A DNA stretch of 13,760 bases from Myxococcota bacterium (GTDB lineage: Bacteria; Myxococcota_A; SURF-8; G963663525), in the NCBI GenBank assembly GCA_963676915.2, contig CAXXVK010000044.1, forward strand, positions 1 to 13,760. Direction: 5' to 3'. The position numbers and the translations under genes were made by a program. The notes beneath the pieces are model-generated. The model did not search any database and was not told the DNA's origin. It worked only from the letters and a program-made list of their open reading frames with translations. How positions within the stretch are numbered: position 1 is the stretch's first letter; each line of letters opens with the position of its first letter. Shown one piece after another: positions 1-9,665 of the stretch.

Positions 1-1
1 C

Positions 2-772
2 TGCGGTGCCTGCATCCCGGGTTGCCCGGAAGGCGCGTTGCAGCTCATCGACGGCAAGGCTCGCCTGGTTGGCGACTACCTCTGCGACGGTCTCGGCGCA
101 TGCATCGGCGAATGTCCGCTCGGGGCCATCACCATCGAAGAACGCGAAGCCCAGCCCTACGACGAGAAAACCGTGATCCAGTCCATCATCGAGGCTGGAC
201 CGGCAACGATCAAGGCGCACCTTCAGCACCTGAAGGATCACGGCGAACTGGTCTATCTCTCGCAGGCCCTCGAAGCGCTGAAGTCTCGCGGAATCGAGGT
301 CCCGCAACTGGAGAACAAGTCGTGCAGCGTCGAGGGCGGATGCCCAGGCAGCGCGTCGAAACAGATCGATGTGGCACCGGTTGCATCCGAACCGCAGCAC
401 ATGCCGTCCATGCTCAGAACATGGCCCGTGCAGCTCCACCTGATCAATCCTTCCGCGCCCTACCTGCGCAACGCCGATCTCCTGATCAGCGCCGACTGCG
501 TGCCGTTCGCGTACGCCGATTTCCATCGCAAGTTTGTAAAAGACAAGGTCGTGATCACGCTCTGTCCCAAGCTGGACAGCGGCATCGACCGCTACATCGA
601 AAAGCTGGCGGAGATATTCCGTACGCAGGACATCCGGTCGCTGACCATCGTACGCATGGAAGTTCCCTGCTGCGGCGGTATCGAGGCGATTGTCCGCAAA
701 GCGCTGGAGCTCGCCGGCAAGACCCTGTTCGTCAGACTACACATAGTAACCATTAACGGAAACCTAGCATAA
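2..772 (+). CDS. 4Fe-4S dicluster (ferredoxin-like) protein of the type found beside hcp; 5' end truncated by the window
   Basis: The frame is open from base 2 and reads CGACIPGCPEGAL...CDGLGACIGECPLGAI (two ferredoxin Cys motifs). The C-terminal domain has WPVQLHL, ADCVPFAY, CPKLD and MEVPCC. The TAA at 770-772 overlaps the hcp RBS. Confidence 0.88.
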   Translation, partial: CGACIPGCPEGALQLIDGKARLVGDYLCDGLGACIGECPLGAITIEEREAQPYDEKTVIQSIIEAGPATIKAHLQHLKDHGELVYLSQALEALKSRGIEVPQLENKSCSVEGGCPGSASKQIDVAPVASEPQHMPSMLRTWPVQLHLINPSAPYLRNADLLISADCVPFAYADFHRKFVKDKVVITLCPKLDSGIDRYIEKLAEIFRTQDIRSLTIVRMEVPCCGGIEAIVRKALELAGKTLFVRLHIVTINGNLA

Positions 773-781
773 GGAGGAACT

Positions 782-2407
782 ATGTTCTGTTACCAGTGTC
801 AGGAAACAGCCGGAAACAAGGGCTGTCGATTCGCGAAAGGCGTCTGCGGAAAGCCCGCGGAAGCCGCCGACATGATGGATTTATTGATCTACACGCTCAA
901 GGGCGCCGCCGTGATCCAGGAGAGATCGGGACAGCCGGTCGATTCCGCTACGGGTAAATTCTTCATGGTCTCCATGTTCAAGACCATCACCAACGCAAAC
1001 TTCGACCGCGACGACCTGCTTCGGCAGATCAAGTCCGCACTCGAGCTGCGCGACGGGCTGAAGAAGAAGTACAGCGTCGAAGGCGCTCTGCCGGACTGCG
1101 CAACGTGGTTTGCGGATGACGATCAGGCGATTGTCGCCAAGTCGCAACTCGTGGGCGTGCTGGACACCGAAGACGAGGACATCCGGTCTCTGCGCGAACT
1201 GATCATATACGGAATCAAGGGTATCTGCGCGTATGGCGAACACGCCGCCGTGCTGGGCAGAGAGAATACCGAAATCTACAGCTTCATCATCGAGGCGATG
1301 GCCGCCACCACAAAAGACCTGCCCGTCAACGACCTGATCGCGCTCACGCTCAAGACGGGCGAAGTCGCTGTCAACACCATGGCGCTGCTCGATCAGGCAA
1401 ACACCGAAACCTACGGCAATCCCGAGCTGACAAAGGTCAACATCGGCGTTCGCGACAACCCGGGCATCCTCATCTCCGGTCACGACCTCAAGGACATGCA
1501 GGAGCTGCTCGAGCAGACCGAAGGCACCGGCGTCGATGTCTATACCCACAGCGAGATGCTGCCTGCCAACTACTACCCCGCCTTCAAGAAGTACGATCAT
1601 TTCGTGGGCAATTACGGCAACGCCTGGTGGAAACAGAACGAGGAGTTCGAGTCCTTCAACGGCCCCATCCTCATGACCACCAACTGCATCATCCCCGTGA
1701 AGGACGCCTACAAGGATCGCATCTTCACCACCGGCGTGGTCGGCTACCCGGGCGTCAAGCACATCCCCGGCCGTCCCGAAGGCGGAAAGAAGGATTTTTC
1801 CGAGATCATCGAACTGGCGAAAAAGTGCCCACCGCCGAAAGAGATCGAGACCGGGCACATCGTGGGCGGATTCGCGCATCATCAGGTGATGCAACTGGCC
1901 GACAAGGTGGTTGACGCGGTCAAGTCCGGCGCGATCAAGCGGTTCGTCGTGATGGCGGGTTGCGACGGAAGATTCCCGTCCCGCAACTACTTCACCGACG
2001 TCGCCGTCGCGCTTCCGGAAGATGCCGTGATCCTCACCGCCGGCTGCGCCAAGTATCGCTACAACAAGCTCGATCTGGGCGACATCGGCGGCATCCCGCG
2101 CGTGCTGGACGCAGGGCAGTGCAACGACTCCTATTCGCTGGCAGTCATCGCGCTCAAGCTCAAGGAAGTCTTCGGACTGGACGACATCAACGATCTGCCT
2201 ATTTCCTTCGACATCGCCTGGTACGAGCAGAAGGCCGTCGCGGTGCTGCTGGCGCTGCTCTTCCTCGGCGTGAAGGGTATCCGGCTCGGCCCGACCCTGC
2301 CGGCATTCCTCTCGCCCAACGTCGCGAAAGTGCTGGTCGAGAACTTCGATATCAAGCCCATCGGCGATGTCCAGTCGGACGTCGAAAACATGATGGCAGG
2401 AAGATAA
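782..2407 (+). CDS. hcp: Hydroxylamine reductase / hybrid cluster (prismane) protein
   Basis: N-terminal MFCYQCQET...C...CGK cluster motif, plus [44 protein letters not shown] and WYEQKA motifs. RBS AAGGAGG at 771-777. 541 aa. Confidence 0.98.
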   Translation: MFCYQCQETAGNKGCRFAKGVCGKPAEAADMMDLLIYTLKGAAVIQERSGQPVDSATGKFFMVSMFKTITNANFDRDDLLRQIKSALELRDGLKKKYSVEGALPDCATWFADDDQAIVAKSQLVGVLDTEDEDIRSLRELIIYGIKGICAYGEHAAVLGRENTEIYSFIIEAMAATTKDLPVNDLIALTLKTGEVAVNTMALLDQANTETYGNPELTKVNIGVRDNPGILISGHDLKDMQELLEQTEGTGVDVYTHSEMLPANYYPAFKKYDHFVGNYGNAWWKQNEEFESFNGPILMTTNCIIPVKDAYKDRIFTTGVVGYPGVKHIPGRPEGGKKDFSEIIELAKKCPPPKEIETGHIVGGFAHHQVMQLADKVVDAVKSGAIKRFVVMAGCDGRFPSRNYFTDVAVALPEDAVILTAGCAKYRYNKLDLGDIGGIPRVLDAGQCNDSYSLAVIALKLKEVFGLDDINDLPISFDIAWYEQKAVAVLLALLFLGVKGIRLGPTLPAFLSPNVAKVLVENFDIKPIGDVQSDVENMMAGR

Positions 2408-2410
2408 ACC

Positions 2411-2516
2411 AACTTCCGAATGTGACGGAGTCTCTTCTGAATGTTGGTTTATTTTTAGCTGTCGCAGCGATGAATCAAACATTCGGAAGAGTTACTCCGT
2501 AACACATTCAGAAGTT
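2411..2516. repeat. Composite palindromic intergenic element, copy A (REP/REPIN-like)
   Basis: Left arm AACTTCCGAATGT-GACGGAGTC-TCTTCTGAATGTT (2411-2445), 32-nt spacer, inverted right arm AACATTCGGAAGA-GTTACTCCGTAAC-ACATTCAGAAGTT (2478-2516). The right arm is 37/39 identical to 9590-9628. Confidence 0.85.
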
Positions 2517-2538
2517 TTAGGGGCACTAAGGAGAACCC

Positions 2539-2877
2539 ATGATCATCAACACATACAAAATGGCAAAGCACATCGATACACCGCACAAGGTGAAGGTAGG
2601 AAAGCTCCACGATTCGGAGCACGCGCAGGTCGTGCACATCACGCTGGAACCGGGCGAATCGCTGATACGGCACATCACGCCGGTGGATGTCGTGTTCTAC
2701 GTACTGGAGGGCAAAGGCATTGTGGATATCGGCGAGGAAAGCCTCGAAGTGGTGCGCGATACCCTGATCGAGAGCCCGAAAAACATCCCGCACTGCTGGC
2801 ACAACCGATCGGACAGCACGCTCAGAATCCTCGTCATCAAGACACCCAGACCCACCGAATCGTCGAAGCTTCTGTAA
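2539..2877 (+). CDS. Cupin domain-containing protein (cupin_2-like)
   Basis: 112 aa with cupin motifs LEPGESLIRHITPVDVVFYVLEGKG and ESPKNIPHCWHN. RBS AAGGAG lies just upstream. Confidence 0.9.
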   Translation: MIINTYKMAKHIDTPHKVKVGKLHDSEHAQVVHITLEPGESLIRHITPVDVVFYVLEGKGIVDIGEESLEVVRDTLIESPKNIPHCWHNRSDSTLRILVIKTPRPTESSKLL

Positions 2878-2981
2878 CCATCGCATAGCAGTTTTGCTTG
2901 ATCGCGGCAGCCGTGGTGTTACACGTCGCAGGCGCGGTATATCCACGGTTGCAGTGCGACCGAACGAACAGGGACAGAAAG

Positions 2982-3006
2982 ATGCAGGCAAGGGTGCCTG
3001 CGTACC
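2982..3006. repeat. Short REP-like palindrome
   Basis: ATGCAGGCA-AGGG-TGCCTGCGT-ACC forms a 9-bp stem (one G-T pair) with a short tail. It resembles GCAGGCANNNTGCCTGCG REP-type elements, but there is only one copy in the window. Confidence 0.45.
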
Positions 3007-3080
3007 AGCGGACTGCAAGCGACCTCCTCCCCATCCTGCGAATCGTGATTCAAGCACCCGCCATTTCATGAACCCCATTC

Positions 3081-3124
3081 AATAATAAAAATCTTGACGC
3101 TCATTTATCAGCCTTTCGTATAAT
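3081..3124 (+). promoter_or_regulatory. Putative sigma70-type promoter of the GLUG-repeat gene
   Basis: AT-rich tract at 3081-3092, TTGACG at 3094-3099 and a perfect TATAAT at 3119-3124. The 19-nt spacer is longer than optimal. RBS AAGGAGG (3135-3141) and ATG 3147 follow. Confidence 0.55.
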
Positions 3125-3146
3125 GATGAAATCAAAGGAGGTTACT

Positions 3147-6100
3147 ATGGTGCGTTGCTTTGTAATCACTCTTTTTTTATTATCTTTCGCAATTCTATTC
3201 GCCGATGGCACACAACCGGACGGAGCAGGGACATCGTCAAGTCCCTACGAAATCGAAACGCTCGACAATCTACTGTGGGTGAGCACGAACACTGGAAGCT
3301 GGTCGAGTCACTTCATTCAAACCGCCGACATCGACGCATCCGGAACATCGAGCTGGAACGGCGGCGAAGGATTTTCGCCCATCGGCAACGGTACCCCCGA
3401 TTTCACGGGGACTTACAATGGCGATTCATACAAAATCGAAAACCTGTTCATCAACCGTGCCGCGAACGATCAGGGCCTGTTCGGACGAGTCAACGGCGCT
3501 ACAATCCAGAATCTTGGAGTCACCGACTGCTCGATAACGGGAGACACAAGGGTTGGTGCGATCGCGTCTTTATGCATTGGTTCTACGAATGTGATCAATT
3601 GCTACAGTACCGGATCGATTACCGGGTCCGCCACAACGGGCGGACTTGTGGGATTCCTGCGCTACAGCAGTGAGATTACCGAGTGCTGGAGTGCGTGCAC
3701 TGTATCCGGCGATGACTCAATCGGCGGACTCGTCGGCAAGATGAACAACAACGCGTTCATCCAATGTAGCTATGCCCGTGGCTCGGTGACCGGTACGACC
3801 CATATTGGAGGTTTATTGGGAACCAACTATGCGTCTTCGGTAAGTTTCTGCTACAGCACCGGACTGGTAAGTGGATCGACATTCGCCGGAGGGCTTGTTG
3901 GCTACTCGGATAACGCGATGATTCTCTACAGCTTTTGGGACACCGCTACTTCAGACATGGAATCAAGTTACGGAGGATTTGGCCTTGTTACTTCCTATAT
4001 GAAAGAGATGGCAACATATCAAGATTTGGGATGGGATTTCATGATCGAGACCGATGACGGCACAAACGATATCTGGGGCATGAACGGACTCTACAACGAC
4101 GGCTACCCCTTCCTTGCCTGGCAGGGATACAAGCATTTTCCTCCCGCCGGTACAGAGCCCTATGGCGACGGCATCTCCAGCAGCCCCTATACGGTTACGC
4201 AACTCGACCACCTGCTCTGGATCAGCTCCCATGTCGATTCCTGGGATAAATATTTCCGGATGGCGTCGAACATCGATGCCTCCGACACCCAGAACTGGGA
4301 CGACGGAGACGGCTTCAGACCCATCGGTCACAGCAGCCTCCCGTTTACGGGCACATTCGACGGAAACGATTACCGGGTATCCAACCTCTGCTGCGACCGG
4401 ACGAACACGAATCTCCAGGGATTTTTCGGACTCACGCAGGACGCGTTAATCCACGACTTGAAATTGATCAATGTAAATGTTACTGGTGGAAATCGTATTG
4501 GGGGACTTGTCGGATCGGCAGACAATACATATATCCTCAATTGCAAGGTTACCGGTGACATATTGGATGGAAGTACGAATGTCGGCGGATTGGCAGGAAT
4601 AATCTCCAACATGAGCGTAATCGAAAACTGTGAAACAGACGTAACGGTTTACGGGAGATTCGCTGTTGGCGGTCTTGTAGGAAAAGCCGGGGCTTCAACC
4701 ATTACGGGATGTTCCGTAGATGGTTCCGTTGACTCATTCTATGAAAGTGGAGGATTTGCGGGATCAATCATAAACAACGCCCTGATCGAGAATTGCAGTG
4801 CGACGGTTACTGTCACAGGTAACAATGAAGGTTCGGGATTCGTCAATGCAATGGACGATTCCGAGATCAATTGCTGCTATTGTATCATTGATATCTCGGC
4901 TACATGCGGGAATATCGGTGGTTTTGTAGGGAAGTCGGAAGGATCTTCGCTGATCACCAATTCATACACTCAGGGTACGATCGCGCTTTGTTCAAATGTT
5001 ACCGGTGGCTTTGCGGCCCAAATGATGAATACAAGCAGAATCGAAAACTGCTACTCCGCATGTACTTTTACCGGGACATCGGAATTACATAGCGGATTCG
5101 TACACGACCTTTTTAACAACCCGCAAGTTCTCAATTCATTTTGGGACATGGAGTTATCCGGAACAAGCACCAGCAGCGCCGGCACTGGAATGACCACGGC
5201 CGGGATGCAGGATCTGTTGACCTTCTACAACGCCGGATGGGATTTCGCTGAGGAAATCAGCAACGGCGAAGATAATTATTGGGGTCTAAACGCTTCAGAG
5301 AACGGCGGCTATCCATTCCTCATGTGGCAGGGCTACACCCATACGGCCGGTAATCCCGAAGCGCCAACAGGCTCCGGAACGGAAAGCGCACCCTATCAGA
5401 TCGAAACAGCAGCACACCTGAAATGGCTTGCTAACTCGAGCAGTGAATGGGACAAATATTTCATCCAGACTCAGGATATCGACCTCAGCGTATCAAGCCA
5501 GTGGGATAACGGCAGCGGATGGACGCCGATCGGCAACGACACAACAGATTTCACCGGTCACTACGATGGGCAAACGCATTCCATCGATGGCCTGTTCGTT
5601 GACCGTGCAGTCGGATATCAGGGATTCTTCGGATACCTGAACGGAGCGAATATCAGCGATGTACTTCTGACAAACATCGATATCGCATGCGCGGGTCACA
5701 CCGGCGGACTCGTTGGCTATGCCTACGATTCAACTATCTCCGGTTGTTCTGCCGACGGCACGATCACTTCGCTATCGAACCAACTCGGTCTGCTGGCCGG
5801 TGTCGCGGAAGCAAGCACCATCGAGAACTGCACGACTTCGGGAACCATCGATGGCTACGACGACGTCGGCGGTTTGGTCGGATATTGCACGGCATCCTCT
5901 GTCACAAGCTGCTCGAGCGTGATTGCCGTCAACGCGAACGATAACGCTGGCGGACTGATCGGGCGCGCAAACAGCTCCAGCCAGATTCTCGAATCAAGCT
6001 GCTCCGGAACGATTACCGCCTTCTGCGCCGGTGGCTTCATCGGAAGGATCGCCAGCGCTACTGTAGAACGCTGTTTTGCTTTGATGGACGTCTTGGTCTA

Positions 6101-7984
6101 TAGTACCGGCGCTGGATTTTTCGGTTCATCCAACGGATACCTGTTCGCGCAGAACTGCTATTGCCGGGGCACGATGACTTCCGACTACGCGTCGTCGGCC
6201 GGATTCCTTTACACCGTGCAACAGTATGATGAATTAATCAACTGCTACAGCGCTTACACGTTCTCGATCATGAATGCTGGCTTCGTCTTTGCCCACGCGT
6301 CACCTTCAACGATCGACAACTGCATCTGGGACAAAGACCTGGCGGGAAACACCACCAACAACACGGCAATCGCAAGGGGCACTGCCGAGATGCAATCGTA
6401 TATGACCTACTACCTCAATGGATGGGACATGATGGGCGAATCGGACAACGGTTCGAACGACATCTGGGGAATCAATTCCGAACAGAACGACGGCTACCCG
6501 TTCCTGAGCTGGCAGGGATTCGATAACACGGCTCCCGGACTTCCCTCGGGAAGCGGCACCTCGGAAGACCCCTATCAAATCTCCGACTTCTCGCACCTCT
6601 ACTGGATGAGCTGCAAATCGGACATCCTGTCGTCACACTTCATCCAGACCGCGGACATCGACGCTTCGATAAGCGCCTCCTACAATGACGATAAAGGGCT
6701 GGATCCCATCGGTTCAAGCGCCGGCTACTTCATGGGAACCTACGACGGACAGGATTACGCGATTGACGGCTTCACGATCGATCGCCCAAATGGATACAAT
6801 CAAGCGCTTTTCGGCTACGTTGTGTATGGAACGATCCGAAACGTCCGCCTTACGAACTGCTCGATCCATGGCAATTCCGAGAGCGGCGGACTCACCGGTA
6901 GAAACGAAATCTCCGAGATAGAAGAATGCTACGTTTCCGGGCAAATAACGGGACAGGACTTGTATATAGCCGGAATCGCAGGATTGAGTGCTTCCTCAAC
7001 CATCACCGGAAGCCACAACGCTGCGAGTGTGGTAGCAGTAAACTATTGCGGAGGTATTTGCGGGTGGAGTCAGGAAACGGTTATCACCGACTGCTGTAAT
7101 ACCGGAGCGATCGAAGGATCGACACGCACCGCAGGTATCAGCGGATATCAGTTTATCGGTGAGATATCCAATTGCTGCAACACTGGCGCAATAACGAACA
7201 ATCAGGATTTCGGTGGAGGAATCGCCGCTGAAGCCATCAGCACCACGATCTCCTCATCTTATAACAGTGGTTATATCTCTGGAGGAGTCAATATCGCAGG
7301 CTTTGTCGGTAAAATCCTCGATACCACGGTTGAGGACTGCTACAGCACCGGAGGTGTAAACGCAATCGGCATCGCTGGCGGTTTTGCTGCGAATGCAACC
7401 AACGGCAGCGTAATCAGACGTTGCTTCAGCACCGGAGAGGTGAACGCAAATATCGAAATGGGCGGTTTTATCTCAGCCATTTCCTACTCCGACGTGGAGA
7501 ACTGCTTCTATGATACCGAGACATCCGGCTTGACGACCAGCGAAGCCGGAACCGGACTGCCCACCGACGACATGAAAGACCTCGATACCTTCATGACTGC
7601 CGGATGGGACTTCATGGGCGAGACGCTCAACGGCACCGACAACTTCTGGAAGCTCGACGGCGTCAACAACGACGGTTATCCCCTGCTCTCCTGGAAGAGG
7701 GCACGCCCGTCAATCCGGCAACTCCGGAAAACATCGTCTTCAGCGTCGAGAACGGTCAAGTCCATATCACATGGGATATCGTGCCGTACGTTGATTGCTA
7801 CCGTGTATTCACAGGAAACAGCCCACACGGAATCTTTGCCGAAAACACGCACGGAACCTTCGACAATACTACCTGGACCGCAAACGCGCCCCAGGGAAAG
7901 AAATTCTACTTTGTGACCGCGCACATCGATGAGGAGACCCGCAGCACAGAAGAGCAACCGGCTCGCAAAGAAATATCCAGATAA
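3147..7984 (+). CDS. Large secreted GLUG-motif / beta-helix repeat surface protein (four tandem modules plus an FN3-like C-terminal domain); one frameshift at ~7694
   Basis: Signal peptide MVRCFVITLFLLSFAILFA after a strong RBS, and many GGLVG/GGFAG repeats. Four modules each start G.G....PY....L.W and end GWD...W.....N.GYP.L.W. One missing base at TGG|AA GAG (7693-7696) joins the main ORF to the 7604..7984 frame (EEGTPVNPATPENIV...KKFYFVTA). About 1612 aa when corrected. Confidence 0.85.
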
Positions 7985-8006
7985 CCTGCACGCACCATAT
8001 ATTTAT

Positions 8007-8036
8007 ACCCCCGGACATCGTTTTCGGGGGTTTTTC
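8007..8036 (+). terminator. Rho-independent terminator
   Basis: ACCCCCGGA / TTCGGGGGT stem followed by a T tract, 22 nt after the stop at 7984. This supports 7984 rather than 7916 as the true gene end. Confidence 0.8.
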
Positions 8037-8089
8037 TTGCCAGAAGAAGTACTTTCAACGCAATGAATGTGTTTCTGTGGAAATAATCA

Positions 8090-8117
8090 TTGACATCCAT
8101 CGTAAACATACCATTCT
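8090..8117 (+). promoter_or_regulatory. Possible sigma70 promoter
   Basis: Perfect TTGACA at 8090-8095 and a weak -10 (CATTCT, 8112-8117) with 16-nt spacing. It lies between the terminator and the RBS/ATG at 8182. Confidence 0.3.
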
Positions 8118-8181
8118 GAAGATTGGGTTTTGCTCGCTCGGAGATCGAGCGCTACACGTAACGAACAGAACAGGAGACATC

Positions 8182-9474
8182 ATGAGGAAACTGCACTTTG
8201 CGATTTTGATGCTGATGCTGGCGACGCTTCTGAGCGCTGCGCACAACTTCACAATAAATGGCGAGGAAAACGCGACCATCTCGGTCGGCGATTCGCTTGA
8301 AGTATATTTCGAATTCGAGACCATAGGCAATTCGGCAAGTTACACTGTTTCGATCGAGCTGATGGGATACGAAATCCCGGCGATCGATTCGGACGACGAC
8401 ACATTTGCCGACGGCGGTGTGCTGGACGAAACCGACGAGGACGGCGTCTTCATGATGCACCTGAACAACTTCGTCTCCATACCGGAAGCGGCATCGGTCG
8501 TGATCACCGTCACTGATGAGGAGATATCCGATTCGGTGACACTCCAGTTCGAGCAGCTCGATTCCGATTATTCCATATCCGGAACCGTTACCTCCGAAGG
8601 CTCGTGGTTTGATCTTCCCGTGCCGGGCGCGCTGGTTTACTGCTTCTACAACGTCGGAATCGCGGATATCATGGAGCTGATCGAGAATTTCTCGCTGGAG
8701 ACGTTCCTCGCGTATATGCAGGAAGGACACTATCTCCTCTCCGAGATGACCGGCATCCTGGGAACCTACCAGATCTACGTTCCGGACAATGTCGAGGACG
8801 CGACCTGCCTCGTCGGTGTGTACAGCCTGCTTGACCTTGAGAGCAGCTATGTCGCGCCGGACGCGCAGATCATACAGGTCAACGGTCACATGGGCGGGAT
8901 CGACTTCTACTACGCCGATCCGGACGGTTACTTCGAGGGGATCGTTATGGACTCGCAGGAGAATCCGATTGAAAACGCTTCGATCTTCGTCCTCAATGAG
9001 GAAGACTCCTCCGATTACTCCGTTGCGGTATCCGATTCGACCGGCGCATTCTCCATCCCGCTGCTGAACGGAAGTTACAACTTCACAGTCACGCATTTCC
9101 TATACTCGCCCCATGAAGGAAGCTTCGCGATTTCGGATGGCGATTACTACCAGGAAATCTTGCTGTCAAGCTACGCGACGGACGACGAGACTGTACCCGA
9201 GACCGTTTCGGGACTCGATATGTCCTGCCTATCCGAATCCGTTTAATCCGGAAATGACCGTGTCGTACAGTATCGCAACACCGGGCGAGACCAGGCTGAG
9301 CATCTTTGACGTCCGTGGAAGAATGGTCTATCGTGCAATGCGTACCGATGCCGGCTCCTTCCGCTGGAACGGCGTCGATCTCGATGGGAAACCTGTCGCT
9401 TCCGGTGTCTATCTGGTTCGGATCCAGCATGGTGACCCAGACCCAGACCCGCAAGGGCGATGCTGTTGAAATAG
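8182..9474 (+). CDS. Secreted acidic protein with carboxypeptidase-regulatory-like beta-sandwich and C-terminal FlgD-Ig / T9SS-type sorting-like domain; three +1 frameshifts
   Basis: RBS AGGAGA at 8172-8177 and signal peptide MRKLHFAILMLMLATLLSA. GYFEGIVMDSQENPIENASIFV...SDSTGAFSIPLLNGSYNFTV resembles a CarboxypepD_reg fold. Removing extra bases at ~9229, ~9437 and ~9456 gives ...MSCYPNPFNPEMTVSYSI...IFDVRGRMV...WNGVDLDGKPVASGVYLVRIQHGDQTQTRKAMLLK* (TAG 9472-9474), about 429 aa. Confidence 0.82.
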
Positions 9475-9483
9475 GTTGATGAT

Positions 9484-9628
9484 AACTTCTGAATGTCCGA
9501 GCTTGCACGCTGTATTTGCTCGCAAATGCAAGGCTGCATAGCGAGGTCTTCCGAATGTTATCATCCGCTTTGGAACGTTAACGAAAATCAACATTCAGAA
9601 GAGTTACTCCGTAACACATTCTGAAGTT
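9484..9628. repeat. Composite palindromic intergenic element, copy B
   Basis: AACTTCTGAATGT (9484-9496), a 50-nt hairpin-forming insert, TCTTCCGAATGTT (9547-9559), a 30-nt spacer, then the inverted arm AACATTCAGAAGAGTTACTCCGTAACACATTCTGAAGTT (9590-9628). Confidence 0.85.
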
Positions 9629-9665
9629 GATTCCAGCAGGATAAAGGTAATAAAAAGGATACACT

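Noticed and set aside
22-756. Alternative-frame 244-aa Arg-rich ORF and other short overlapping ORFs (e.g. 2894-3085, 9588-10043)
   Set aside because: They overlap better-supported genes or structured intergenic DNA and lack an RBS or recognisable motifs.
881-2482. 533-aa antisense ORF, and similar ones at 8152-9096, 10040-10519 and 12091-12825
   Set aside because: These are shadow ORFs opposite well-supported genes. They are explained by the codon bias of the sense strand and have no recognisable motifs.
2411-2516. Repeat units with 30-32-nt spacers read as a mini-CRISPR
   Set aside because: The arms flanking each spacer are inverted, not direct. There is only one spacer per locus and no cas gene in the window.
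3204-7694. Diversity-generating retroelement target
   Set aside because: No near-identical TR/VR pair differing only at adenines was seen, and there is no reverse transcriptase in the window.
7695-7916. C-terminus of the 1597-aa ORF as given (KRARPSIRQ...)
   Set aside because: This is out-of-frame read-through after the indel. Its composition breaks from the rest of the protein, while the alternative frame gives a coherent domain followed by a terminator.
8112-8122. CATTCTGAAGA, a partial match to the repeat core
   Set aside because: It is a single short unit with no partner or hairpin and is compatible with chance.
8077-8181. Upstream starts in the ORF track (8077; also 3123)
   Set aside because: RBS position and signal peptides support ATG 8182 and ATG 3147.
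9484-9628. Canonical integron attC site
   Set aside because: The ends are AAC...GTT but do not fit RYYYAAC/GTTRRRY well in both copies. There is no integrase or cassette array, so it is kept only as an analogy.
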